A stretch of DNA of 64,000 nt, taken from positions 12,339 to 76,338 of the forward strand of contig CAWJNJ010000012.1 of the NCBI GenBank assembly GCA_963844245.1. Direction: 5' to 3'. The position numbers and the translations under genes are program-made. A model generated the notes under the pieces. The model searched no databases, was not told the DNA's origin, and was given only the letters and a program-made list of their open reading frames with translations. This DNA comes from an uncultured Acidobacteriota bacterium. GTDB lineage: Bacteria > Acidobacteriota > Vicinamibacteria > Vicinamibacterales > 2-12-FULL-66-21. Shown one piece after another: positions 1 through 11,604 of the stretch. How positions within the stretch are numbered: the first letter of the stretch is position 1; every line of letters starts with the position of its first letter.

Positions 1-805
1 AACTTGATTGCGTTTGCGAGCAGGTGCCAGGCAATTTGACGAAGACGGTCGGATCGCCGCGGACGGCGACGCCGGCTCGGCAGCGAGACTTTGATCTTCA
101 CGTCTTTCGCCGTCGCCGCCGGCGTCGCCGCCTGCACCGCCTGCCGCGCGCCAACGTCGAGCACCGCGGGACGCATCTCCAGGTGCAGGCGGCCGGTCAG
201 CGCTTTCGAAACATCCAGCAGGTCGCCGGTCAGCTGGGCCTGCAGGCGCACGTTGCGTTCGATCGACTCGAACCCGCGCGCTGCGTCGCCGCGTCGAGCT
301 TGCCGGTCCGAATCAGGTGGACCCAGCCGAGGACCGCGTTGAGCGGCGTCCGCAGTTCGTGCGAGATCGTCGCGAGGAATTCGTCCTTCATGCCGGTTGC
401 GCGGCCTCGCTGTCCTGCGCGCGGTCTGCGCTCATGCGCGCGCCTCCCGTTCGCGCCGCGCGCGCCGGAGCTCCGCGACGAGCGCGGTCAGCAGCAGCCC
501 ATGGACGAGGAACAGCGCCAGGTGCATCTCCGCCGCGCGTGATCGGTGCGGAGCCGTGGCGCGCGCCGAGAACGCGCCAGCACCGTGACGGCGACGAGCG
601 CGGCCCGGTGCCGGCGAACCAGTGCGGTCGCCAGCACCGGCGATACCCAGCAGGATGAAGAAGGCTGCCGTCGTCGATGACCGCACCGGCGGCCGCGGTC
701 GAGCGAGGAACGACGACGAGCGACAAGACCACCGCGATGACGCGAACCGCACCGGACCGCGGCAAGGTCGGGGAACGGATACTCCGTCGTGCCGCGCGCC
801 GGCAT
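1..805 (-). CDS. Sensor histidine kinase (hydrophobic N-terminus + HisKA); frameshifted, runs off the window edge
   Basis: Manual minus-strand translation near 400-90 gives [30 protein letters not shown]...[20 protein letters not shown] (H-box). Probable ATG at 805 overlaps the upstream TGA. Not captured in the ORF track. Confidence 0.8.
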
Positions 806-1515
806 CAAGAGTTCGTCGACTTCGGCCGCTGCATGCTGACGTCGGCCGTCCGCTGCTCGGGGCCGGCGGCCACTGCCTCGGCTGCGATCGGCCTCCGATC
901 GCGCGATCCGGCGCGAAGCGTGCGTGACGCCGAGCACGTGGTCGATGAGTCCGTATTCCTTGGCCCTCGTGGCGTCGAGATAGAAGTCGGTGCGCTTGGT
1001 ATCCCGGATGATTTGACGCAGGGGCTTGCCGGAGCGGGCGGCCATGATGCGGTAAATCTGGCTCTGCATCTGCTTGAGGCGGTCGAGATGCTGCGCCGCG
1101 GCGGTGGTGGACTGCCAGCCCGCCCATTTCGCCGGCTCGTGGATCATGATCCAGGAGTGCGGAAAGCAGAGTCGCTTCCCTGGGCTCGCGGCCTGAAGCA
1201 CGATGGAGCCCATCGAGTAGGCCATCCCCTGGACGACGATCGTGACTTCGATGCCGGTCGAAACGATCTGCTGAATGGCGTCATGCATGGCCAGCCCGTC
1301 GGTGACGTTGCCACCTGCGGTGTTGATGTAGAGCTTGATCGGTCCTGGACTGTCGTTGGCCAGCTCCCGGATGCGTTCGATCGAGGACGCGCGCTTGTCC
1401 TTCTCGATATCGCCGATGAGATAGACGTCGCGAAGGCGCTCCGCCGCTCCTTCTTCAGGGCCGCTTTCACCGCATCGATCAGTTCGCCTACGAGCCTGTC
1501 GCTGAACTCCGCCAT
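805..1515 (-). CDS. clpP: ClpP-family peptidase (S14), frameshifted
   Basis: PIKLYINTAGGNVTDGLAMHD, GMAYSMGS (Ser), IMIHEP (His), TDFYLDATRAKEYGLID. The N-terminus MAEFSDRL (1515) is in another frame; the 3' end is inferred across a frameshift. Confidence 0.8.
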
Positions 1516-1599
1516 ACGTCAAAGGATGCTCGCATTCCGCGTGCCGTGCGAGCTGACGAGGTGCGATGTCGGGAACGAATCGCGAAATACATCTAAACC

Positions 1600-1796
1600 A
1601 GAACGTCCCAGCTCTCGTCCAATTGCACGATCTCGGACAGGGGACCCCGATCGCGTCAAGGTTTCGGCCTGTTCGAATCTGGGACGGCACCGGTCGCTGC
1701 CGGGCATCGAAACCGCCAGCAGGATCGGGCGACACGGGCTAAGTTATTGAATTCAAAGGGCTGTCAGACGCACTGGTTCGTGGCACCCTGTTTGGT
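1600..1796 (+). promoter_or_regulatory. Putative sigma54 promoter with IHF-like site and enhancer-like motifs
   Basis: TGGCAC-CCTGT-TTGG at 1781-1795 (-12 element is GG, not GC). TAAGTTATTGAAT at 1740-1752 is one mismatch from the IHF consensus. Upstream imperfect palindrome TGTTCGAATCTGGGAC and a TCGGACA half-site. The downstream operon encodes a sigma54 activator. Confidence 0.5.
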
Positions 1797-1852
1797 TAAT
1801 CTGGTTTGACCGGGTGTATCCCGCTCCCCGGATTCAAGTCAGAGGCAGCTAC

Positions 1853-3129
1853 ATGGTCGATATTGCGCGTCCCGCAACCGTGCGAAGAAGAAGCGGATCC
1901 GCCGCATCCTCATCGGCGACGGCGGCTGGTCGTCGTGATCGCGCGGCATCACATTCGGCGTGTCCCAGCTGAAGCCCGCCGCGCCCAGTGTGGATCGCGC
2001 GGCCGTCTGGGTCGACACGGTCAAGCGCGGCCCGATGCTCCGCCAGGTGCGCGGCTCCGGCACGCTGGTGCCCGAAGACATCCGCTGGATCACCACGCAG
2101 ACCCAGGGCCGCGTCGAGCGGATCATGTCTCCGCCCCGGCGCGCAGGTCAGCCACGGCACCGTCATCCTCGAGCTGTGCAACCCGCGAGCTCAGCAGGCG
2201 GTGCAGGACGCCCAGCTCGCGCACCAGTCGGCGCAGGCGGCGCTATCGAAAACCGCAAGGCGGAGCTCGAGCGCAACCTCCTCAGCAGGAGGCCGAGCTC
2301 GCCAGCATCGAGACGCAGCTACAACAACGCGAAGCTCGAACCTCGAGGCGCAGGAGGAGCTCTTCAAAGAGAGCCTCGTCTCGCAGCTGCCAGGTCAAGC
2401 AGAAACGGTCGCGACGGCGGACCTGAAGAACCGGCTGGCGATCGCGCAGCGACAGCTCGAGAACGCGAAGACGGGATCAAGTCGCAGCTCGCGCCGCAGG
2501 AAGCGGAAGTCGACCAGCGCAGCGCCCAGTATCGAGCTTCGGCGTGCGCCAGCTCGACGACCTGAAGGTCAAGGCGGGCATGGCGGGCGTGCTGTCAGCA
2601 GGTCCCGGTCGAAGTCGGCCAGCAGGTCGGTCCCGGCACCAACCTCGCGCGCGTCGCCAACCCGACGCAAGCTGAAGGCGGAGGTGCGGATCGCGGAGAC
2701 GCAGACCAAGGACATCCGCATCGGCCAGATCGCCGAAGTCGACACCCGCAACGGAATCGTCAAGGGCAAGCGTCATCACGCATCGACCCGGCCGTCGACC
2801 GGCGGCACGGTCGGCGTCGACATCATCGCTCGACGGCGAGCTGCCGCCGGGCGCGCGGCCTGACCTGAGCGTCGACGGCACGATCACGGCTCGAGCGGCT
2901 CGACAACGTCATCTATGTCGGCCGCCCGGCGTTCGGCCAGGAGAACAGCACCGTGATGCTGTTCAAGCTGGATGGCGAACGGCGAGGCGCACCGCGATGC
3001 AGGTCAAGCTCGGACGCACGCTCGGTCAACGCGATCGAAGTCATGGAAGGGCTGCAGCCTGGCGACCAGGTGATCCTGTCCGACATGTCAGCGCACGATG
3101 CATACGATCGGGTACGATTAAACGGGTGA
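1853..3129 (+). CDS. Efflux periplasmic adaptor (HlyD/MFP family), multiple frameshifts
   Basis: MVDIARP start; VDTVKRGPMLRQVRGSGTLVPEDIRWI; LKAEVRIAETQTKDIRIGQ; ends GLQPGDQVILSDMS. Precedes an ABC ATPase. Confidence 0.8.
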
Positions 3130-3213
3130 ACGTCCAGCTCAGCATCCGCTTCCAGAGCAGCAAACGGAGCGGCGCAGCTGACGACTGGAGCTGGACGCTA
3201 ACAAGGAGCGACG

Positions 3214-3984
3214 ATGAACACGTCCGGGCAGACGCTGATCCACCTCGACGGCGTCACGAAGGTGTTCTTCACCGACGAAGTCGAGACGCACGCCCTCGCC
3301 GGCATCCACCTCGAGATCAAGAGCGGCGAGTACATCGCCATCGCCGGGCCGTCGGGCTGCGGCAAGTCGACGCTGCTCTCGATCCTCGGGCTGCTCGACT
3401 CGCCGACCGAAGGCAAATACGTCCTGAACGGCAAGTCGGTCGCCGACCTGCCGCTCTCCGAGCGCGCGCGCGTCCGCAACCGCGAGATCGGGTTCATCTT
3501 CCAGAGCTTCAACCTGATCGGCGACCTCAACGTCTACGAGAACGTCGAGCTGCCGCTCACCTACCGCGGCATGAAGTCGGCCGAGCGCAAGGAGCGCGTG
3601 ATGGCGGCGCTCGAGAAGGTCGGCATGGCGCACCGCGCCAAGCACCTGCCCAGCCAGCTCTCGGGCGGTCAGCAGCAGCGCGTCGCGGTCGCCCGCGCCG
3701 TCGCCGGCTCCCCCTCGATCCTGCTCGCCGACGAGCCGACCGGAAACCTCGACTCGAAGAACGGCGAGGCCGTCATGGAGCTGCTCCGCGAGCTGCACCG
3801 CGAAGGCGCGACGATCTGCATGGTCACGCACGATCCGCGCTACGCGCGCCACGCCGACCGCTCGATCCACCTCTTCGACGGCCGCGTCGTCGAGGAAGAC
3901 GGCAGCAAGCGGGCGCGAGAAGGAGCTCGAGGAGAGCGGCTTCCACATCGAGCACTAGTTGGCAGCTGGCAGGTTCGAAGTTGA
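3214..3984 (+). CDS. ABC transporter ATP-binding protein (MacB/LolD-like)
   Basis: [39 protein letters not shown]. The C-terminal tail is probably frameshifted. Confidence 0.93.
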   Translation: MNTSGQTLIHLDGVTKVFFTDEVETHALAGIHLEIKSGEYIAIAGPSGCGKSTLLSILGLLDSPTEGKYVLNGKSVADLPLSERARVRNREIGFIFQSFNLIGDLNVYENVELPLTYRGMKSAERKERVMAALEKVGMAHRAKHLPSQLSGGQQQRVAVARAVAGSPSILLADEPTGNLDSKNGEAVMELLRELHREGATICMVTHDPRYARHADRSIHLFDGRVVEEDGSKRAREGARGERLPHRALVGSWQVRS

Positions 3985-4049
3985 CAGTGCGGCGCGACTG
4001 CGAGCGGTCGCGCCGCCTTCCGCACTGCCAACCGCAGCTGCACACTGAC

Positions 4050-6537
4050 ATGCACGATCTCAAATACGCCGTCCGGATGCTCGTCAAGAGCCCCGGCATT
4101 CAGCCTCGTCGCGATCCTCTCGCTGGCGCTCGGCATCGGCGCGAACACGGCGATCTTCAGCCTGATCAACGCCGTACTGCTGCGGCCGCTGCCGGTCGCA
4201 GGATCCGCAGCTCGCTGGTGTCGGTCTCGACGACCGATCAGCGCAACCCGGGCAACCTCCCGCTGTCGCATCTGAACTTCAAGGATCTGCGCGCGCAGAA
4301 CGCAGGTGTTCACCGACATGGCGTCGTTCTCCTTCAATCAGGTGAACTACAGCACGGGCAGCGAATCCGAGCAGATCCCGGTCCAGATCGTCACGTCCAA
4401 TTTTTTCTCGCTGCTCGGCGCGCGAACCGGCGCTCGGGCCGCGGGTTCCTGCGCCGAAGAAGACGAGCAGGCCGACGCCCGTCGCCGTCGTCAGCCACGG
4501 ATTCTGGGAGCGCAGCCTCGGCAGCGACCCCGGCGTGGTCGGGACGACGGTGACGCTCAATCGGACGCCGTACACGGTGATCGGCGTCGCCCCGCAAGGA
4601 CTTCACCGGCGTGCTTGCTCGGCGGCGGCCCGTCGGCCTGGATACCGATGTCCGCGCACGCGTCGTCCAGCCGAACTTCGACTGGTACGAGCACGCGGCG
4701 CGGCCTGTTCCTGTTCAGCGTCGGACGGCTGAAGCCGGGCGTGCACGCCGGAACAGGCCGCGCGCCAACCTGCGAGACCGTATTCGGGAACTCGAGCAAG
4801 CGTTCCCCGTCGACAACAAGGGACGGAGCGCCACGGCAGTGCCACTACTCGAGGCGCGACTGAACCCCAACGGCCAGGGCGGCGCACCGCTCGTCCAGCA
4901 TCTCGATGATCCTGATGATCGTCGTCGGCATCGTCCTGCTGATCGCCTGCGCCAACATCGCGAACCTGCTGCTCGCGCGCGCCTCGAAGCGGCGCCGCGA
5001 GGTCGCGATCCGGCTGGCGCTCGGCGCCGGCGCGCTCGCGGCTGGTGCGGCAGCTGATGACCGAGAGCCTGCTGCTCTCGATCCTCGGCGGCATCGCTCG
5101 GCATGCTCCTGGCGTCGTGGACGCTCAGCGCGATCATCGCCGCCGAGCTGCCGCTGCCCTTCCCCGTCGATGCGACGGCGTTGGCGCTCGACGGCCGCGT
5201 GCTCGCCTTCACCGCCGCGCCTCGCGCTGCTGACCGGCCTCCTCTTCGGCCTGGCGCCGGCGCTGCAGGCGTCGAAACCTGACGTCGTGCCCGGTGCTGA
5301 AGAACGAGCTGGTGCCGGTCGGCACCGGCCACCGCGGCTTCGCGCGCGCTGCTTCAGCCTGCGCCAGGTGCTCGTCGTGGCACAGGTGGCGCTCTCGCTG
5401 ATCTGCGCTGATCGCGGCCGGCCTCTTCCTGCGCGAGCTGCGCAGACTCGCAAGCGGATCGACACGGGATTCGAGACGCGCGGCGTGCTGGTCATGAACT
5501 TCAACCTGCTGCGCGAGGGCTACACGCCCGAGCGCGGCCAGCTCTTCTACGACCAGATCGTCGAGCGCGTCGCCGGCCTGCCGGGCGTCCAGCGCGCGGC
5601 CATCGCGCAGAGCGCCGCCGCTCGCTGGCGGATTCCTGCGCAGCGTGTTCCCGGAGGGAGCCGACACGACCACGACAGGAGCGCATCCTCGTCCAGGTGA
5701 ACACGGTCGAGCACCGGGTATCTCGAGACGATCGGGATTCCGCTGCGTCCGCGGCCGAGACTTCACACGAGGCGACACCGCCGGCGCGCCCAAGGTCGTC
5801 GTCGTCAACCAGACGATGGCGGAACAGTTCTGGAAGGGTGAGGAAGCCGATCGGCAAGCGCTTCAAGTTCTTCGGCGACGAGGACTACACGACAGTGATC
5901 GGTGTGGCCAGGGACAGCGAAGTACAACGGCGTGGCGGAGGACCCGAGACCTTCATCTACCAGCCGCTGGCGCAGAACTACACCCCGCAGGCAACGCTGC
6001 ACGTCCGCGCCCGCGGCGACGCGGCGTCGCTCGCCGGTGCGGTCCGCGGCGCCAGCGTGCAGGAAGCTCGATCCGTCGCTGTCGGTGTTCAACGTCCGCA
6101 CGCTGGAGGAGCAGGTCGCTGACTCGCTCGCGCCGCTGCGCATGAACGTCATGATGCTGGCGACGTTCGGCGCCCTGGCGCTGCTGCTGGCCTCGATCGG
6201 CCTCTACGGCGTCGCCAGCTACTCGGTGGCGCAGCGCACCCGCGAGATCGGCGTCCGCATGGCGCTCGGCGCGCAGCCGGGCTCGGTCCTGCGTCTCGTG
6301 CTCGGCCAGGGCCTGATCCTGGTCGGCGTCGGACTGGGTGATCGGCGTGGGTGCTCGCGCTCGATGCTGGCGTCGTACGATCTCCCGCGGACCTGCTGCC
6401 GAACGTCAGCGCGCGCGATCCGCTGCACGTTCGTCGCCACGTCGGCGGCTGCTCGGCGCGGTGGCGCTGCTGGCCAGCTACATCCCGGCGCGTCGCGCGA
6501 CGCGCATCGATCCGCTGATCGCGCTGAGAACGACTAA
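4050..6537 (+). CDS. ADOP-type duplicated ABC permease (MacB_PCD/FtsX x2), heavily frameshifted
   Basis: [16 protein letters not shown]; [32 protein letters not shown]; [25 protein letters not shown]; [15 protein letters not shown], spread over several frames. Confidence 0.88.
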
Positions 6538-7958
6538 TGCTGATTACCGACCATCTGAGAGACCGCTCCGCCCACGAAGGTGACCAGCCTGCCCGGCGCA
6601 CCGCGGATCCGCGCGTACTCATCGCCGACGACCAGTCGGACGTGCTCGAGGCGCTGCGGCTCCTGCTCAAGGGCGAAGGCTTCCAGATGGAGACGGCGTC
6701 ATCGCCGGCGGGTGTGCTCGCCGCCGTGGAAGCGCGCGAGTTCGATGTCGCGCTGATCGACTTGAACTACACGCGCGACACGACGTCTGGCGAAGAAGGC
6801 CTCAACCTGCTGTCGCGGATCCAGGCGATCGACCCGACCCTGCCGGTGGTCGTCATGACCGCGTGGGGCAGCGTGGAAGTCGCCGTCGAAGCCATGCGCC
6901 GCGGCGCCAGAGACTTCATTCAAAAGCCCTGGGACAACGCCCGCCTGCTGGCGATCGTCCGGACCCAGATCGAACTCAGCCAGGCACTGCGGAAAGGCCA
7001 GCGGCTCGAAGCGGAGAACTCGATCCTGCGTGGCGAGGGCATGCCAAGCATCGTCGCGGAATCGCCCGCGATGCAGAACGTGCTGCAGGTCGTCTCGCGC
7101 GTCGGTCCGTCGGATGCGAACGTCCTGGTGCTCGGCGAGAACGGTACCGGCAAGGGCGTGATTGCGCGGGCGCTGCATGCAGTGTCGAGCCGCGCCTCGC
7201 GGCCGATGGTGGTCGTGAATTCCGGCGGTGTGTCGGAAGGCGTCTTCGAGAGCGAGCTGTTCGGTCACGTTCGCGGCGCGTTCACGGACGCGAAGGCCGA
7301 TCGGGTCGGACGTTTCGAACTGGCCGACCAGGCAACGCTGTTTCTCGACGAGATCGCCAACGTCCCCATGAGCCAGCAGGCGAAGCTGCTGCGCGTCATC
7401 GAGACCGGTGAGTTCGAGCGGCTCGGGTCCTCGCGCACCAGGCGCGTGAACGTCCGGATCATCTCGGCCACCAACGCGGACCTGAACGACGAAGTCGCCG
7501 CCGGCCGGTTCCGGCAGGATCTTCTCTTCCGGCTCAACACGATCGAGATCCGCATTCCCTCGCTCCGGGATCGCCGCGAGGATACGCCGTTGCTCGCGCA
7601 GCACTTCCTTCGGCAGCACGCGCAGCGCTACCGCAAGCGGTTGACCGGCTTCGAGAGCGGCGCCATGCAGATGCTGCTCGAGCATTCGTGGCCCGGCAAC
7701 GTTCGCGAGCTGGATCACGCGATCGAGCGCGCGGTGCTGATGGCGCAGGGCCCGCTCGTCAAGTCGGGCGACCTCGGCTTGCGCGCGACCGGGCAAGCGG
7801 CGGCAGGCCGGCTGGAAGACATGTCGCTCGAGGACGTGGAGTGCTTCCTGATCAAGAAGGCGATGACGCGCTACGACGGCAACGTCAGCCAGGCCGCCAA
7901 GGCGTTGGGCTTGAGCCGCAGTGCGTTGTATCGACGGCTTCAGCGATACGGGCTCTAA
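6537..7958 (+). CDS. Sigma54-dependent response regulator (NtrC family)
   Basis: Receiver domain (VLIADD, LIDLNY, FIQKPW), GENGTGK, ESELFGHVRGAFTDA, WPGNVREL, Fis-type HTH. Confidence 0.95.
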   Translation: MLITDHLRDRSAHEGDQPARRTADPRVLIADDQSDVLEALRLLLKGEGFQMETASSPAGVLAAVEAREFDVALIDLNYTRDTTSGEEGLNLLSRIQAIDPTLPVVVMTAWGSVEVAVEAMRRGARDFIQKPWDNARLLAIVRTQIELSQALRKGQRLEAENSILRGEGMPSIVAESPAMQNVLQVVSRVGPSDANVLVLGENGTGKGVIARALHAVSSRASRPMVVVNSGGVSEGVFESELFGHVRGAFTDAKADRVGRFELADQATLFLDEIANVPMSQQAKLLRVIETGEFERLGSSRTRRVNVRIISATNADLNDEVAAGRFRQDLLFRLNTIEIRIPSLRDRREDTPLLAQHFLRQHAQRYRKRLTGFESGAMQMLLEHSWPGNVRELDHAIERAVLMAQGPLVKSGDLGLRATGQAAAGRLEDMSLEDVECFLIKKAMTRYDGNVSQAAKALGLSRSALYRRLQRYGL

Positions 7959-7983
7959 CGGCGCAGTCAACTTTCATTCAGTT

Positions 7984-8008
7984 GCGGTGGGGCCCCACCC
8001 CGCACCGC
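7984..8008. repeat. GC-rich intergenic palindrome (REP-like hairpin)
   Basis: GCGGTGGGGCCCCACCCCGCACCGC between the regulator and the kinase. Confidence 0.4.
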
Positions 8009-8056
8009 CTGCCAGCACTCGCTCTCGCTCGTGCCGCTTCCGATTACACTTTCGAT

Positions 8057-9436
8057 GTGACTCCGCGCGATCCCTGGCTTCGGCACGACCGGCGCATCCT
8101 GTTGATGGCGTTGGCCTCGGCACTGCCCGGCGCGGCCATTTCCCTCATCTTCCTCTGGACCGGTGACTACACACCCAAGGTCCAGTGGACCCTCACCGTC
8201 CTGATCGTCACGTTCTGCCTGGGTTTCGCGTTCGCACTGCGCGAACGCGTCGTCCTGCCCCTCCAGACCCTTTCGAATCTGCTGGCCGCGCTTGGCGAGG
8301 GAGACTTCTCGATTCGCGCCCGCGGCGCGCGCGGCGGTGATCCGCTCGGCGAAGTGATGATCGAGGTCAACGCGCTCGTCGAGACGCTGCGCCATCAACG
8401 GCTCGACGCGCTCGAGGCGACGACGCTGCTGCGCAAGGTGATGGCGGAGATCGACGTCGCCGTCTTCACGTTCGACGAGAGCGCCGAGTTGAAGTTCGTC
8501 AACCGCGCCGGCGCGCGGCTGCTCGGCCAGGTGGCGGAACGTCTGCTCGGGCGGAATGCGATGGAGATCGGGCTCGATCAGTATCTCCTCGGCGAGGCGC
8601 CTCGGGTCATCAACACAGGCTTCCCCGGCGGTGTCGGCCGCTGGGAGGTGCGTCGCAGCCAGTTCCGGCAGGGTGGACGGCCCCACGAACTGCTGGTGCT
8701 CTCGGACCTGAGTCGTCCGCTGCGCGAGGAAGAACGGCAGGCCTTCCAGCGCCTGATCCGCGTTATCGGCCACGAGATGAACAACTCGCTCGCGCCGATC
8801 AAGTCGATTGCGGGGAGCCTCTCGGCGATCATCGATCGCGATCCGCCACCGTTCGACTGGCGCGAAGACGTGACCCGCGGCCTGGCGGTCATCGCTTCGC
8901 GGTCTGAATCCCTCAGCCGCTTCATGAGCGCGTATGCGCGGCTCGCGAAGCTGCCACCACCGAAGCTCGCGCCAGTGGACGTCGGGTCTTTTGTGGACCG
9001 CGTCGTGACGCTCGAGAAAGCGCACCAGATCCGGGTCCAGCGCGGGCCGGCGCTCACCATCCGCGCCGACGGCGACCAGTTGGAGCAGCTGTTGATCAAC
9101 CTGATTCGCAACGGTGTCGACGCGGTGCGTGAGACTGGGGGCGGAGTCACGGTAGGTTGGGACCGGCTGCCCGGCTCGTCGCCGCCGTTCATGGAGTTGT
9201 GGGTCGAGGATGAAGGGCCGGGGCTGTCGAATACCGGCAACCTGTTTGTGCCGTTCTTCACCACGAAGCCTGGCGGTTCGGGGATCGGCCTCGTCCTGAG
9301 CCGGCAGATCGCCGAAGCGCACGGCGGCAGCCTGCTGCTGGGAAATCGATTCGATCGCGTCGGCTGCCGCGCCACCCTGCGCGTGCCGCTGCAGACGGTC
9401 GCGGAGGTAAGGGCCGAGGAGCAGGCGACAGCCTGA
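8057..9436 (+). CDS. Sensor histidine kinase (2 TM, HAMP, PAS-like, HATPase; NtrY-like)
   Basis: GHEMNNSLAPIKS, QLLINLIRNG, EDEGPG, FFTTKPGGSGIGL. GTG 8057 is the likely start; the upstream part of the ORF overlaps the regulator. Confidence 0.92.
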   Translation: MTPRDPWLRHDRRILLMALASALPGAAISLIFLWTGDYTPKVQWTLTVLIVTFCLGFAFALRERVVLPLQTLSNLLAALGEGDFSIRARGARGGDPLGEVMIEVNALVETLRHQRLDALEATTLLRKVMAEIDVAVFTFDESAELKFVNRAGARLLGQVAERLLGRNAMEIGLDQYLLGEAPRVINTGFPGGVGRWEVRRSQFRQGGRPHELLVLSDLSRPLREEERQAFQRLIRVIGHEMNNSLAPIKSIAGSLSAIIDRDPPPFDWREDVTRGLAVIASRSESLSRFMSAYARLAKLPPPKLAPVDVGSFVDRVVTLEKAHQIRVQRGPALTIRADGDQLEQLLINLIRNGVDAVRETGGGVTVGWDRLPGSSPPFMELWVEDEGPGLSNTGNLFVPFFTTKPGGSGIGLVLSRQIAEAHGGSLLLGNRFDRVGCRATLRVPLQTVAEVRAEEQATA

Positions 9437-9454
9437 TCCCCGGCCTGGCTTGAC

Positions 9455-10279
9455 TTAGTGCTTGTGGGCGTCCTCTTCGAAGTTCGCCCAGAACACGTGT
9501 GTGATCACGCGGTTGCCGTTCCCCAGATCACGTTCGAAGACCTGGACCCGGTTGTTTGCATTGGACCGGATCAAGCGTCCCCACTCCGCCGCCTCGGGCG
9601 TTGCGGGGCGGCCGCCACCGCCGCCACCACCACCGCCAGGCTTACCCCCGGAATCACTGTGTGCATAGATCGCGATGAGTTGATCGAAGTCATGCTGATT
9701 CGGATGCTCGTTCGAGAGATCGTTCGAGTCGGCACCGCCCGCTCCTCCGTCCGGATCATTCGTGTAGTCCATGCAGGAGCCCAGGTTGGTGTTATTGAAT
9801 CGCTCGTCCTGGTGATCCAGCCCGAAGTCGTGCGCGATCTCCTGGCAAGTGACCAAGCGGCGCCACGCGGGGGTATTGTAAGTGGCGGTCTGGAAATATG
9901 TGTCGTTCAGCTTCGTCACCGCCTGGCTGATATGGCTACCGCCGGAGATCCAAATCTGCGCGATCCCGAGCCACCCATTCTCTCCATATGCGGCGTTGCA
10001 GGCCTCAATACGTCCCGCGGTCGGCTCGCAGACAGCGGGATCAGCGCCACCATTGGTTTTCGCCAGATCGAGAACGGCCGATACATTCCAGTCTGAGATC
10101 GCCTCCGTGAGGTAGCCATCCCACTGGCTGTCGACGTTATCGCCAACCTGCAGCGATAACACGGCGGTCGATTTCGCCCAGTGATATTTGAGCCAGTTGT
10201 GATTAGCGGACGTCTCGGCGGCGAGCGCGATGGCGAAGGCTGCAGCAAGAACGGTGTATCTGCTGAATCGATCGTGCAT
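9455..10279 (-). CDS. Secreted metzincin/matrixin-like protein with variant zinc motif
   Basis: Signal peptide (…ETSA-NH); CQEIAHDFGLDHQD; Met-turn-like SCMDY; Gly linker. Confidence 0.7.
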   Translation of the reverse strand: MHDRFSRYTVLAAAFAIALAAETSANHNWLKYHWAKSTAVLSLQVGDNVDSQWDGYLTEAISDWNVSAVLDLAKTNGGADPAVCEPTAGRIEACNAAYGENGWLGIAQIWISGGSHISQAVTKLNDTYFQTATYNTPAWRRLVTCQEIAHDFGLDHQDERFNNTNLGSCMDYTNDPDGGAGGADSNDLSNEHPNQHDFDQLIAIYAHSDSGGKPGGGGGGGGGRPATPEAAEWGRLIRSNANNRVQVFERDLGNGNRVITHVFWANFEEDAHKH

Positions 10280-10440
10280 GTAATTCCCCTTGTTAGCCCG
10301 GTGTCGAGCGGTGGGCCATTCTGCAAACCCGTAAACCCTTTGTCAATCTGCATTTGAGGCTGAGGTGAAAGAAGAGTGTCCCAAATGATCAAAGTGTCGC
10401 TTGGGGGGCACATTTCGGGCTTCTGCTATCCTCGGGAACC

Positions 10441-11604
10441 GTGATTTCTTCCGTCTCGCTCTGGACTCGCGCGTTCGATTCGCCGCCGGACTGGCAGGCC
10501 TTTGCGACCGCTTTCATCCCGTCCCTGTTGATCGCGTGGCTGGCATCACTGCTGATCCGGCGCCTCGGCCAGCGCGTCCTCCACTCGATCGTGGGCGACA
10601 CCATCGCGCACAGCAGTCCGCTCGTCCGCGGCCCCCTTCGGCTGATCGCCTGGATTGCCTTCGTCCTCACGCTGGCGATCGTCATGGTGCCGGCCCTCGA
10701 GCTCGTGGGTCTGCAGCCGCGCACCGGCATCAGGCTGCGGACGCTGGTGACCTGGGGGTTCGGATCGGGCTTACGGATCCTGCTGCTCGGCGCCGTCGCT
10801 TACGCGTCCATCCGCGCCGTGACGCTGCTGGTCGCGCGGTTCGAGCACGAGATCAACCGCGGCACCAGCCTCGACGCCCTCGAACGAGCCAAGCGCGGGC
10901 GGACGCTCGGCTCCATGATCCGCAATGTCGCCTGCGTGCTGATCGGCGGTATCGCGACCCTCATGATCCTGAAGGAGCTCGGCGCCGACATCGGTCCGGT
11001 CCTCGCCGGCGCCGGCATCGTCGGGCTCGCGGTCGGGTTCGGCGCCCAGACGCTGGTCCGCGACATCATCAGCGGGTTCTTTCTGATTCTCGAGGACCAG
11101 GTCCGCGTCGGCGACGTCGCGGCGATCAACGGCCAGAGCGGCTTTGTCGAGGCGATCAATCTCAGGACGATCGTGCTGCGCGACTTCGAAGGAACGGTGC
11201 ACACCATTCCCAACGGCGGCATCACGACCCTGGCCAACCGCAGCAAGGACTATTCGTTCTACGTCATCGACCTCGCGATCCCCTACTGGGAAGATCCCGA
11301 GCGCATCACCGCGTTGGTGCAGGAAGTGGGGACGGAGCTTCGGAAGGACGATCAGTTCGGCCCCTTGATCCTGGAGCCAGTCGAGGTCGTCGGCGTGGAC
11401 GGGTTCGGCGATTGGGCGGTCACGCTGAAGCTCCGGGTCAAGACGATGCCGCTCAAGCAGTGGGACGTCGGGCGCGAGCTGAGAAAGCGGATCCTGAAGA
11501 CGCTTGGCGAGCACGGCATCGAACACCCGTTCCCGGCGCCGGCGAACGTCACCAGCCAGCTGGAAGCGAGACGGGCGCGGGCGGTCGGACCGGAAGGTCA
11601 GTAG
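10441..11604 (+). CDS. MscS-family mechanosensitive channel
   Basis: [36 protein letters not shown]; TIPNGGI. Confidence 0.93.
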   Translation: MISSVSLWTRAFDSPPDWQAFATAFIPSLLIAWLASLLIRRLGQRVLHSIVGDTIAHSSPLVRGPLRLIAWIAFVLTLAIVMVPALELVGLQPRTGIRLRTLVTWGFGSGLRILLLGAVAYASIRAVTLLVARFEHEINRGTSLDALERAKRGRTLGSMIRNVACVLIGGIATLMILKELGADIGPVLAGAGIVGLAVGFGAQTLVRDIISGFFLILEDQVRVGDVAAINGQSGFVEAINLRTIVLRDFEGTVHTIPNGGITTLANRSKDYSFYVIDLAIPYWEDPERITALVQEVGTELRKDDQFGPLILEPVEVVGVDGFGDWAVTLKLRVKTMPLKQWDVGRELRKRILKTLGEHGIEHPFPAPANVTSQLEARRARAVGPEGQ

